The notes under the pieces were generated by a model. That model had not been told where the DNA came from. It did not search any database and saw only the letters and a program-made list of their open reading frames with translations. Both the position numbers and the translations under genes were made by a program. 41,935 bases of DNA from an uncultured Clostridium sp. (lineage in GTDB: Bacteria; Bacillota; Clostridia; Christensenellales; CAG-138), in assembly GCA_964414925.1 (NCBI GenBank), contig CAYPXV010000002.1, positions 1-41,935 of the forward strand, written 5' to 3'. Position 1 is the first letter of the stretch, and the number at the start of each line of letters is the position of its first letter. Below, piece by piece: positions 1 through 8,003 of the stretch.

Positions 1-810
1 GCTGCTATTCAGGGCGGCGTTCTCGGCGGCGAAGTTAAGGACATCCTGCTCCTCGCTGTTACTCCTTTGAGCTTGGGTATTGAAACCCTCGGCGGTGTGT
101 TCACAAAGCTTATTGAACGCAATACCACCATCCCCACCAAGAAGAGCCAGGTATTCTCCACCGCCGCAGACGGTCAGACCAGTGTTGAAATTCATGTACT
201 TCAGGGTGAACGTGAATTTGCACAGTATAATAAGACCCTCGGTAGATTCCAGCTTACAGGTATCGCTCCCGCTCCCAGAGGTGTTCCTCAGATCGAAGTC
301 AGCTTCGATATCGACGCTAACGGTATAGTCCATGTTACCGCTAAAGACCTCGGTACGGGTAATGAGCAGAACATTACCATCACCGCCTCCACAAACCTCA
401 GCGATGATGAGATCAATAAGGCTGTTGAAGAAGCCGAACGTTTCGCTGCCGATGATAAGAAGCGTAAGGAAGAAGTCGAAACCCGTAACCAGGCAGACAG
501 TCTCGTCTATCAGACCGAAAAGACCGTTAAGGAACTCGGCGATAAGATGGATGAAGCAGATAAAGCCAAGATTAATGCGGAAGTCGAGAACGTTAAAAAC
601 GCTCTTTCGGGTACGGATGCCGATGCTATTAAGGCAGCAACCGAAAAACTTACCGAAGTTTCTTATGAGGTCTTCGGCAAGATCTATCAGCAGCAGGGCG
701 GTGACAATGCTCAGCAGGCTCAGGGCTTCAATAACAACGCAGGTAATTCCGGCATGAATAACGACGGCGCAGTCGATGCCGATTACGAAGTCGTTGATGA
801 CAATAATTAA
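1..810 (+). CDS. dnaK: Molecular chaperone DnaK (Hsp70), C-terminal part. The 5' end lies outside the window.
   Basis: Frame 1 is open from base 1 ([32 protein letters not shown]...), which is the canonical Hsp70 substrate-binding domain, followed by the helical lid and an acidic Gly/Asn-rich tail. dnaJ follows. Confidence 0.95.
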   Translation, partial: AAIQGGVLGGEVKDILLLAVTPLSLGIETLGGVFTKLIERNTTIPTKKSQVFSTAADGQTSVEIHVLQGEREFAQYNKTLGRFQLTGIAPAPRGVPQIEVSFDIDANGIVHVTAKDLGTGNEQNITITASTNLSDDEINKAVEEAERFAADDKKRKEEVETRNQADSLVYQTEKTVKELGDKMDEADKAKINAEVENVKNALSGTDADAIKAATEKLTEVSYEVFGKIYQQQGGDNAQQAQGFNNNAGNSGMNNDGAVDADYEVVDDNN

Positions 811-837
811 TTCAATAATCAAATGGTTTTATACTTC

Positions 838-864
838 GCACCGGGTAGGTAGCCTGCCCGGTGC
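838..864 (+). other. Intergenic stem-loop between dnaK and dnaJ (gcaccgggtagg-tag-cctgcccggtgc). It has no U-tract and may act as an mRNA stability or partial attenuation element.
   Basis: Inverted repeat read directly: 8 perfect bp, one G.U and 3 further bp. No T-run follows it. Confidence 0.35.
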
Positions 865-912
865 AGGTGCGTAAAAAACCCCACGCTAAATTGACAGAAA
901 GGGGTATGCTAT

Positions 913-2076
913 ATGGCAACCGCTAAAAGAGATTATTATGAGGTACTCGGCGTCGCCAAGACGGCGAGTGACGATGAGATAAAGCAAGCATATCGTAAGC
1001 TTGCAAAAAAATATCATCCGGATCTTAACCCGGGCGATAAGGAAGCGGAAGAAAAATTTAAAGAAGCAAATGAAGCTTACGAAATCCTCTCCGATGCCGA
1101 TAAGCGTAGTAAATATGACCAGTTCGGTCATGCCGCTTTCGATCCCAACGCAGGCTTTGGTGGCGGCGGTTTCAGCGGTAGCGGATTCAGCGGCAGCTTT
1201 ACAGGCTTTGATGACATATTAAATTCCATGTTCGGTGGCGGCTTCGGCGGCGGAAGGAGCGGAAGAAGTGATCCCAATGCGCCCATAGACGGCGATGATT
1301 TGAGATACAGAGTTACTATTTCGTTCGATGAGGCAGCTTTCGGTTGCGAAAAAACCATAGACTACAGGCGTGAGGAAGTTTGTTCAAGCTGTAACGGCAG
1401 CGGTGCAAAACCCGGAACAGGTTCAAAAACCTGTCATGCCTGCGGCGGTAGCGGTCAGATAAGAGTTCAGCAAAACAGCCTGTTCGGTATGGTTCAAACC
1501 ACTCGTACCTGCGATACCTGCGGCGGTAGCGGACGTATTATCGAAACTCCATGCGAACGCTGCAAGGGCAAGGGTCGTGTAATCCGTAACATGAGTGAAA
1601 AAGTCAAAATCCCCGCCGGTATCGATGACGGACAAACCATCCGTGCGTCGGGTAAAGGCGATATGGGTAAAAACGGAGGAAGAAACGGTGATTTGTTCAT
1701 TACCGTCAGCGTTCGTGACCACAAAAAATTTATCCGTGAAGGCTTTAACCTTTATCAGAATATCACAATTCCGATAACCGTTGCCGTACTCGGCGGCGAG
1801 GTGGTAGTGCCTACGCTTAAAGAGGATGTTAAATATCAGATTCCGGCAGGTACTCAGAGCGGAACTACTTTCAGACTTAAAGAACAGGGAATACAAAAGC
1901 TTAATTCAACGGGTAAGGGTGATATGTATATCAATGTTGCCGTTGAAATTCCCAAACGTTTGAACGAAAATCAAAAACATCTGTTCACCGCTTTTGCCGA
2001 AAGCATGGGTTATGACGGTACTAATGTGAGTGATGAAGGTACGAAAAAGAAAAGGGGAAGGAAAAAGATACTCTGA
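913..2076 (+). CDS. dnaJ: Co-chaperone DnaJ (type I Hsp40)
   Basis: J-domain with the HPD motif (KKYHPDLNP), a Gly/Phe-rich linker and four CxxCxGxG zinc-finger repeats ([32 protein letters not shown]). RBS gaaaggggt lies upstream of the ATG at 913. Confidence 0.95.
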   Translation: MATAKRDYYEVLGVAKTASDDEIKQAYRKLAKKYHPDLNPGDKEAEEKFKEANEAYEILSDADKRSKYDQFGHAAFDPNAGFGGGGFSGSGFSGSFTGFDDILNSMFGGGFGGGRSGRSDPNAPIDGDDLRYRVTISFDEAAFGCEKTIDYRREEVCSSCNGSGAKPGTGSKTCHACGGSGQIRVQQNSLFGMVQTTRTCDTCGGSGRIIETPCERCKGKGRVIRNMSEKVKIPAGIDDGQTIRASGKGDMGKNGGRNGDLFITVSVRDHKKFIREGFNLYQNITIPITVAVLGGEVVVPTLKEDVKYQIPAGTQSGTTFRLKEQGIQKLNSTGKGDMYINVAVEIPKRLNENQKHLFTAFAESMGYDGTNVSDEGTKKKRGRKKIL

Positions 2077-2783
2077 TGCTTAATATGCTTAACAATTCCA
2101 AACCCGTCATAGGTATGCTCATTGCCGTCGAACTTTCCGCCGCAAAAAAACGATACGGAAATTCGATGACGGAAATTCCGCATAGGGGATTTGAAATTCA
2201 TAAGGTCGAAAACGAGAGATACACGCTCTATATCGTCGGCTCGGGTGCGGGCGAAGTTGCGGCTGCCGCCGCATGCCAAATGCTTATATCCGAGTTTAAA
2301 GTCGATTTCATCGTCAACTTCGGTGTCGTGGGCGGCTTAACCGATGAAATGAAGGTTGCCAAAGTCTGCGTTGTCGAAAGCGTCGTGAATTATGATTATG
2401 ATTCTTCCCCGTTTACCGGTCTGGAAAAAGGTAGGCATGTACAGTATGACTCCGTATTTATGAAAACCGATGCAAACTTGGTTGATGCAGCCGTGAAAAC
2501 AGAACCTTCTCTCAAAAAGGTTATCTGTGCTTCGGGAGATAAATTCATAGCCTCCGCAACCGAAAAAAGTATGCTAAATAAACAGTTCAATGCGGATATA
2601 TGCGAGATGGAAGCTGCCGGCATTCTTCTTACCTGCGACCGTAACGAAGTTCCGTGCCTTATGATTAAGGCTGTCTCCGATGCGCTTACCGGCGGAGCGG
2701 AGCAGTTTAAATGCGAAATAGATCGTTGTGCCGACATCTGTCTCGATACGCTTGACGGTATTGTCGAAAATATGTTTGATTAA
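2076..2783 (+). CDS. mtnN: 5'-methylthioadenosine/S-adenosylhomocysteine nucleosidase family protein (PNP_UDP_1 fold)
   Basis: Collinear with Pfs/MtnN motifs: SGAGEVAAAAA (cf. SGIGKVAAA), CEMEAAGILL (cf. VEMEATAIA) and IKAVSDAL (cf. VRAISDVA). The start overlaps the dnaJ stop (cTGATGc). The exact start is uncertain, with in-frame ATGs at 2076 and 2085. Confidence 0.7.
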   Translation: MLNMLNNSKPVIGMLIAVELSAAKKRYGNSMTEIPHRGFEIHKVENERYTLYIVGSGAGEVAAAAACQMLISEFKVDFIVNFGVVGGLTDEMKVAKVCVVESVVNYDYDSSPFTGLEKGRHVQYDSVFMKTDANLVDAAVKTEPSLKKVICASGDKFIASATEKSMLNKQFNADICEMEAAGILLTCDRNEVPCLMIKAVSDALTGGAEQFKCEIDRCADICLDTLDGIVENMFD

Positions 2784-2795
2784 TTAAATACGCTT

Positions 2796-2840
2796 TCGGC
2801 TCATGCTTTGTTTGCACAATCATGTGCCGAGAGTTTTTTT
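2796..2840 (+). terminator. Rho-independent terminator candidate after the dnaJ-mtnN unit
   Basis: tcggcTcatg ... catgTgccga stem (9 bp with one T:T mismatch, 15-nt loop), followed by gag and TTTTTTT. Confidence 0.5.
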
Positions 2841-2870
2841 ATAGGTAGCATTAATTTTTTTTCCGATATC

Positions 2871-2899
2871 TTGATATGCGGGAATTTTTTTGTTATAAT
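2871..2899 (+). promoter_or_regulatory. Sigma-A-type promoter for zapA
   Basis: -35 TTGATA (2871-2876), 17-nt spacer, -10 TATAAT (2894-2899), about 32 nt upstream of the zapA ATG. Confidence 0.6.
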
Positions 2900-2930
2900 A
2901 ATATTGATAAGCTATAGAGTGGGGTGTGCT

Positions 2931-3245
2931 ATGGATAAAATTAAAACTACCGTTACGCTTGCAGGTCAGCGTTTTAATGTCACGGGTGACAGTGACGAAC
3001 AACATATCAGAGCAATCGAACAATTGGTTAATTCACGCATTGCCGTAATTGCCGAGGCTTCTCCGCAGCTCGAAATGCGTAATTGTGTTCTGTATGCTAT
3101 GTTTAATTTGGCGGAGGATTACCTCAAGCTTAAAGCCAATACGGAACAAATCGATACTAAAATTGAGCAGCTCAAGAGCAACATGACTCGTATAGTCAGA
3201 TCGTCTGCCACTGAAAACGACCAACAGCTGAAATCCGACGATTAA
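2931..3245 (+). CDS. zapA: Cell division protein ZapA
   Basis: 104-aa protein MDKIKTTVTLAGQRFNVTGDSDEQHIRAIEQLVNSRI... with a coiled-coil C-terminus, typical of ZapA. The ATG at 2931 has RBS gagtgggg. The longer ORF from 2808 would start upstream of the predicted promoter. Confidence 0.8.
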   Translation: MDKIKTTVTLAGQRFNVTGDSDEQHIRAIEQLVNSRIAVIAEASPQLEMRNCVLYAMFNLAEDYLKLKANTEQIDTKIEQLKSNMTRIVRSSATENDQQLKSDD

Positions 3246-3270
3246 TTCTGTCGGACTCGTTTTTGATGTT

Positions 3271-3312
3271 CCTCATTGCCGCTTCTTTAGTATGCAATGA
3301 GGTTTTATTTAT
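3271..3312 (+). terminator. Rho-independent terminator after zapA
   Basis: Perfect 9-bp stem cctcattgc/gcaatgagg followed by TTTTATTTATTT. Confidence 0.65.
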
Positions 3313-3330
3313 TTATGTTTGGAGATTAAT

Positions 3331-5430
3331 ATGGAATTGCTTTCACCGGCAGGCAGTATGGACTGCTTAATTGCTGCCGTGCAAAACGGAGCCGACGCCG
3401 TTTATTTCGGCGGCGGAAATTTCAATGCAAGACGTTATGCAAATAATTTTTGCGGCGATGAATTGGCTCGTGCTGTCGATTATTGCCACGAAAGAGATGT
3501 TAAATGCTATATAACACTGAATACTTTGCTGTTTAACCGTGAACTTATGGGCGCACTGGAGTTTGCCGCAGAGCTTTATTCGCTGGATGTGGATGCTGTG
3601 CTTGTTCAGGATATCGGACTTGCTTCGGAATTAAAAAGACAATTGCCGAACTTAACGCTTCACGCCAGTACCCAGATGGGAATCCACAGCTTGGGCGGAC
3701 TTGAATATGCTCAAAGTCTCGGAATGACCCGTGCGGTCTTAGCAAGAGAAGTGGACTTAAATCAAATACGATATCTTGTCAAAAACAGCAACATAGAGAT
3801 AGAAACCTTCGCTCACGGCGCATTATGTATGAGCTTTTCGGGAAGTTGCCTGTATTCGTCAATGTCGGGTGAAAGGAGCGGAAACAGAGGTACTTGTGCT
3901 CAACCTTGCAGAAAGAGAGCATCCGTATCGGGCAAACCTTCGGACAGTGATTTTTGCCTTTCTCCCAACGATATCTCGATGATTCAATATTTGAATGAAC
4001 TTCGTGATGCAGGTGTTTCATGTGTCAAAATTGAAGGCAGAATGAAAAAACCCGAGTATGTCGCTGTCGCAACACGCTGCTATCGTGAAGCTCTTGACGG
4101 GGCAAGCGCAGCGGATGTAAAAAAACTACAGCAAAAGTTATTTGCTCTGTTTAATCGCGGCGATTTTAACTCCGCTCACCTGTTCGGCGATTCGGTCAAA
4201 ACCGATAGGGTCGCTTCAAGTAAGCCCGATAAAGAACTTGTTTTAGCTGCCGAGCAGAGCTTTAAAAAAGAAAATAAAAAGAAAAACATTGATTTCACTC
4301 TTTCCCTTTCGGTCGGTATGCCTGCTAAATTGACTGCTTGCTTTTCGGATGATAAAGGCATTTGCAAAACGGAACTGTCGGGTGCTGTCGTTCAAAAATC
4401 CGAGAAAGTTCAATCGGCTCAGCTATATGCCGACAGACTTGCCAAGCTCGGAGACTATCCCTTTAAGCTCAATAAGTCCAATGTCGAAATGAGCGATGAT
4501 TGCTTCCTGTCGGCTGCCGATCTTAATTTTCTCCGAAGAAATGCCTGCGATTCGCTTTTACAATCACTGCATCGCAGAAATGAGCTATTGCCTGTTTCAA
4601 AGATAACCTTTGAAAACAAACGCATGCTGATTCAAAATAAATTCCTGTATGTTAAAGTTCGCACAGCCGATGAAGCCGAAAAGGCATTGAAACTCGGTGC
4701 GGACTATGTGGGAATCGAACCGATTCATTTTTCCGAAAATGAGTTGGTACAACTAAAAAATTTAAATAATAAAGATAGACTTGTCCTCGTTCTTCCAAAT
4801 GTTCTCATAAACATCGGTGCGGAACAAAAAGCGATGGAATTTGCCAAATCCGATGTTTTCGGCGGTATCGAAATCAATAATATAGGTCAGTGTAATCTTA
4901 TCGATAAGTTTGCGTTGAGTATAGCCGGTATCGGAATGAATATCATGAACTCCCTCTCATTTGATGAAGCATTGAGGTTGGGATTTAATTACGTAATTCC
5001 TTCCCAGGAATTGACAAAGGCTCAGCTCAATGAGATGTGCGCCGTACACTGCGGCAACATCATTTTGTTGATTCACGGCAGAATTCCGCTTATGCATTTG
5101 CTCCATTGCCCGGTTAAAGAACATCTGTCCTGTCAAAATTGCAACGGCAATGTCGGTTCGGTTACGGATGAGTCGGGTAGGGAATTTCCGCTGGTTAATA
5201 CCGCATTTCCCGGTAAATGCCTTGTCCGTATGCTGAATTGCAATACCACCGATTTAATTGATATTTATGATGAAATGCCCGATTGCGCAGGCTCGGTCAT
5301 GAGTTTTATAGGCGAAGACAGTTCCGCTGTATCCGATAGAATTTCAGCTTTTAAAAGAAAATCCTGCGGTGAACAGGTCGCAAAACTCGACGGCGGAACA
5401 AGAGGTCACTGGAACAGAAAGGTTGAATAA
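3331..5430 (+). CDS. Long-form peptidase U32 family protein, a probable Fe-S-dependent hydroxylase-type member
   Basis: N-terminus MELLSPAGSMDCLIAAVQNGADAVYFGG..FNARRYANNF is the U32 signature. The Cys motif C-x6-C-x15-C-x3-C lies at 3826-3909. The ATG at 3331 sits 6 nt after GGAG, so the track start at 3319 (TTG) is less likely. Confidence 0.85.
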   Translation: MELLSPAGSMDCLIAAVQNGADAVYFGGGNFNARRYANNFCGDELARAVDYCHERDVKCYITLNTLLFNRELMGALEFAAELYSLDVDAVLVQDIGLASELKRQLPNLTLHASTQMGIHSLGGLEYAQSLGMTRAVLAREVDLNQIRYLVKNSNIEIETFAHGALCMSFSGSCLYSSMSGERSGNRGTCAQPCRKRASVSGKPSDSDFCLSPNDISMIQYLNELRDAGVSCVKIEGRMKKPEYVAVATRCYREALDGASAADVKKLQQKLFALFNRGDFNSAHLFGDSVKTDRVASSKPDKELVLAAEQSFKKENKKKNIDFTLSLSVGMPAKLTACFSDDKGICKTELSGAVVQKSEKVQSAQLYADRLAKLGDYPFKLNKSNVEMSDDCFLSAADLNFLRRNACDSLLQSLHRRNELLPVSKITFENKRMLIQNKFLYVKVRTADEAEKALKLGADYVGIEPIHFSENELVQLKNLNNKDRLVLVLPNVLINIGAEQKAMEFAKSDVFGGIEINNIGQCNLIDKFALSIAGIGMNIMNSLSFDEALRLGFNYVIPSQELTKAQLNEMCAVHCGNIILLIHGRIPLMHLLHCPVKEHLSCQNCNGNVGSVTDESGREFPLVNTAFPGKCLVRMLNCNTTDLIDIYDEMPDCAGSVMSFIGEDSSAVSDRISAFKRKSCGEQVAKLDGGTRGHWNRKVE

Positions 5431-5435
5431 TTTTT

Positions 5436-7790
5436 ATGATTTCGGAAAAAGTAATAAAAACCCTTGAATATGACAAAATTCTTGCTATGCTCCGCTTGCG
5501 CTGCGCCTGCTGCGTAAGTAGGGAGCTGAGCGAACAACTTCGTCCCCTTGATGAGATCGATGAAGTCAATTCCGAATTGAATCTTACTGCGGAGGCGGAG
5601 AGCTATTTCATCCGTACAGGAAATTCGCCCGTGGATGATTTCCCCGATGTCAGGTCAACTTTAAAACGAGTTAATGCAGCACTGTACCTTAGTTGCGAGG
5701 AGCTGTTGAACGTTGCCAAAGCTCTTAAAGCTATAAGAATTTGCCGTGAACAGCTTGCAACGGAAAGTGAAGAAACCATGCAGCTTTCCTCCCTTGCATC
5801 AAACTTGATTTCACATAAGTACATAGAAGACGAGATTCAACGCTGTGTACTTTCGGAAGACGAGCTTTTTGACGGTGCTTCTCCCGCTCTTGCGAGAATA
5901 AGACGAAATAAACGTATAGCAAATGAGAAAGTGCGTGAAAAGCTTAACAGCATTATCCGTTCGCAGACTCAATCCAAATATTTGCAGGATCCCATCATTA
6001 CAATACGAAACGGTCGCTTTGTCATTCCCGTAAAGCAGGAATATCGTTCAAATATTCCGGGTCTTATTCATGACCAGTCGGGCAGCGGACAAACGCTTTT
6101 TATCGAGCCTACGGCGGTCGTCGAACTCGGTAACGAATTTAAAAAACTCGTAATCGAAGAACAAGCAGAAGTGGAACGTATATTAACGGAGCTTACGGCT
6201 ATTATCAAGCCCTCCGCCAATGATATCTACGCAGATCTTATGAAATTGGGCAGAATAGACCTTATCTTTGCTAAGGCTAAGCTTGGCAAGGAGCTTCGCT
6301 GCGTACAGCCTAAACTCAATAATAACGGAAAAATTAAAATCGTGAAGGGCAGACATCCCCTCATTCCGAACTATAAAGTTGTACCCACCGATGTTTGGCT
6401 CGGAACTGATTTTACAACTTTAATTGTTACAGGCCCTAATACAGGCGGAAAGACCGTTACACTTAAAACAATCGGTCTGTTTACTTTAATGGCACAGTCG
6501 GGTATGTTCGTCCCCGCAAATGTCGGTACGGAAATGGCGGTGTTTGAATCCGTCTTTGCCGATATCGGCGACGAACAGAGCATTGAGCAATCATTGTCTA
6601 CTTTTTCAAGCCATATGAAAAACGTGGTCGGCATTTTAAATGATGCAACCGAAAGTTCGCTTGTCCTGATTGACGAACTCGGTGCGGGTACCGACCCGAT
6701 TGAAGGTGCTGCGCTTGCTATGAGTATCCTCGAAGAACTTCACAACCGAGGCTGCATTACGGCTGCAACAACTCATTACAGCGAAATTAAAGCTTTTGCT
6801 CTTACTCACGACGGCATGGAAAATGCTTCCATGGAGTTTGATGTCGATAAGCTTATGCCAACCTACAGATTGTTTATAGGTATACCGGGAAAGTCGAATG
6901 CGTTTGAAATAAGTTCGCGTTTGGGTGTAAGCGACGGCATAATCGATGCGGCAAGAAGGTATTTGAAAAAAGAAGATACGGACTTTGAAGCCGTTATTTC
7001 CGATGCGGAACATAAAAGAATCCGTGCGGAAAAGGAGATGGAACAGGCGGAACAGATAAGACTCGAACATGAAAGGCTGAATAAAGAACTTCAAGCTGAA
7101 AGAGAAAAATTCGAGCGTGAGCGCAATTCCATGAAACTGAAAGCAAGGGAAGAAGCAAGGGGCATAGTCGATGCGGCAAGACGTGAAATGGAACGTGAAA
7201 TTGCCGAAATACGTGCCATAAAATCGTTAGATCAACGTGCTGCCGACAGGGTAATTCAGCAGCAGCGTGATTCCTTGCGTAAAAAAGAAGCCGAACTTGC
7301 CGAGGAATTGCCGAGCCTTCGTACAGGCGACGGTAAGCCGCCCAAAAGTGTTTTCCCGGGACAGAGCATAAAGGTGCTTAGCTTGGATAAAAAGGGTACT
7401 GTCATATCCAAAGTCGATAAAAACGGTGAGTTGACAGTTCAGCTCGGTATCATGAAAATGAAAGTCAGACTGGATGATATTCGCTTGGTTAAAGATGATA
7501 CTCAACAGCAAAAATCAACTCGTGTTGAATATAATCCCGCAGCTACCGTCGGTTTGGAACTGGATATAAGGGGGATGTTGGTTGATGAAGCAAAGCCTAT
7601 TGTCGATAAATATCTGTATTCGGCAAAACAACAGGGACTCAGTGAAGTAAATATTATCCACGGCAAGGGTACGGGTGCGCTGCGCAGCGGAATCCAGCAA
7701 TACCTGAAGCAGCACAGCCTTTGTAAGTCGTTCAGAAACGGAAATTACGGTGAAGGAGATTACGGAGTAACGGTCGTAACAATTAAGTAA
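5436..7790 (+). CDS. mutS2: Endonuclease MutS2 (MutS domain V ATPase with a C-terminal Smr domain)
   Basis: Walker A GPNTGGKTVTLKT, DELGAGTDP, a long KE-rich coiled coil, and a C-terminal Smr domain (LDIRGMLVDEA ... IIHGKGTGALR). Confidence 0.95.
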   Translation: MISEKVIKTLEYDKILAMLRLRCACCVSRELSEQLRPLDEIDEVNSELNLTAEAESYFIRTGNSPVDDFPDVRSTLKRVNAALYLSCEELLNVAKALKAIRICREQLATESEETMQLSSLASNLISHKYIEDEIQRCVLSEDELFDGASPALARIRRNKRIANEKVREKLNSIIRSQTQSKYLQDPIITIRNGRFVIPVKQEYRSNIPGLIHDQSGSGQTLFIEPTAVVELGNEFKKLVIEEQAEVERILTELTAIIKPSANDIYADLMKLGRIDLIFAKAKLGKELRCVQPKLNNNGKIKIVKGRHPLIPNYKVVPTDVWLGTDFTTLIVTGPNTGGKTVTLKTIGLFTLMAQSGMFVPANVGTEMAVFESVFADIGDEQSIEQSLSTFSSHMKNVVGILNDATESSLVLIDELGAGTDPIEGAALAMSILEELHNRGCITAATTHYSEIKAFALTHDGMENASMEFDVDKLMPTYRLFIGIPGKSNAFEISSRLGVSDGIIDAARRYLKKEDTDFEAVISDAEHKRIRAEKEMEQAEQIRLEHERLNKELQAEREKFERERNSMKLKAREEARGIVDAARREMEREIAEIRAIKSLDQRAADRVIQQQRDSLRKKEAELAEELPSLRTGDGKPPKSVFPGQSIKVLSLDKKGTVISKVDKNGELTVQLGIMKMKVRLDDIRLVKDDTQQQKSTRVEYNPAATVGLELDIRGMLVDEAKPIVDKYLYSAKQQGLSEVNIIHGKGTGALRSGIQQYLKQHSLCKSFRNGNYGEGDYGVTVVTIK

Positions 7791-7830
7791 CCCCCAAATT
7801 TTTACATCAACCACCCCTTGCGGAAGGACG

Positions 7831-7862
7831 TGTGAAAATTTCTGCTTTTTTTCACAAATTTT
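7831..7862 (+). terminator. Weak AT-rich terminator candidate after mutS2
   Basis: tgtgaaaa/ttttcaca 8-bp stem with a 10-nt loop, followed by aatttt. Confidence 0.35.
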
Positions 7863-7864
7863 GC

Positions 7865-7893
7865 TTGCATACACGCTTGTTTTCGTGTAAAAT
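7865..7893 (+). promoter_or_regulatory. Sigma-A-type promoter for the coiled-coil/hydrolase gene
   Basis: -35 TTGCAT (7865-7870), 17-nt spacer, -10 TAAAAT (7888-7893). It predicts a 5' UTR of about 105 nt. Confidence 0.5.
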
Positions 7894-8003
7894 GACCATG
7901 GGTGCGTTTACCCTGCGGTCAGTTTACCGTATGGGTATCGTTTCAGCCGTTATTAAAATCAATTCGGCATGCTTTACGATGCCGATTCATATAGGAGAAT
8001 ACA

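Noticed and set aside
811-912. CIRCE (HrcA operator, TTAGCACTC-N9-GAGTGCTAA) between dnaK and dnaJ
   Set aside because: No match is present. Only a GC-rich hairpin occurs. CIRCE would be expected upstream of hrcA/grpE, outside this window.
2808-2930. 41-codon N-terminal extension of zapA given in the ORF track
   Set aside because: The extension is hydrophobic and low-complexity and begins upstream of the predicted zapA promoter and inside the terminator region. The ATG at 2931 has a proper RBS and yields a normal-length ZapA.
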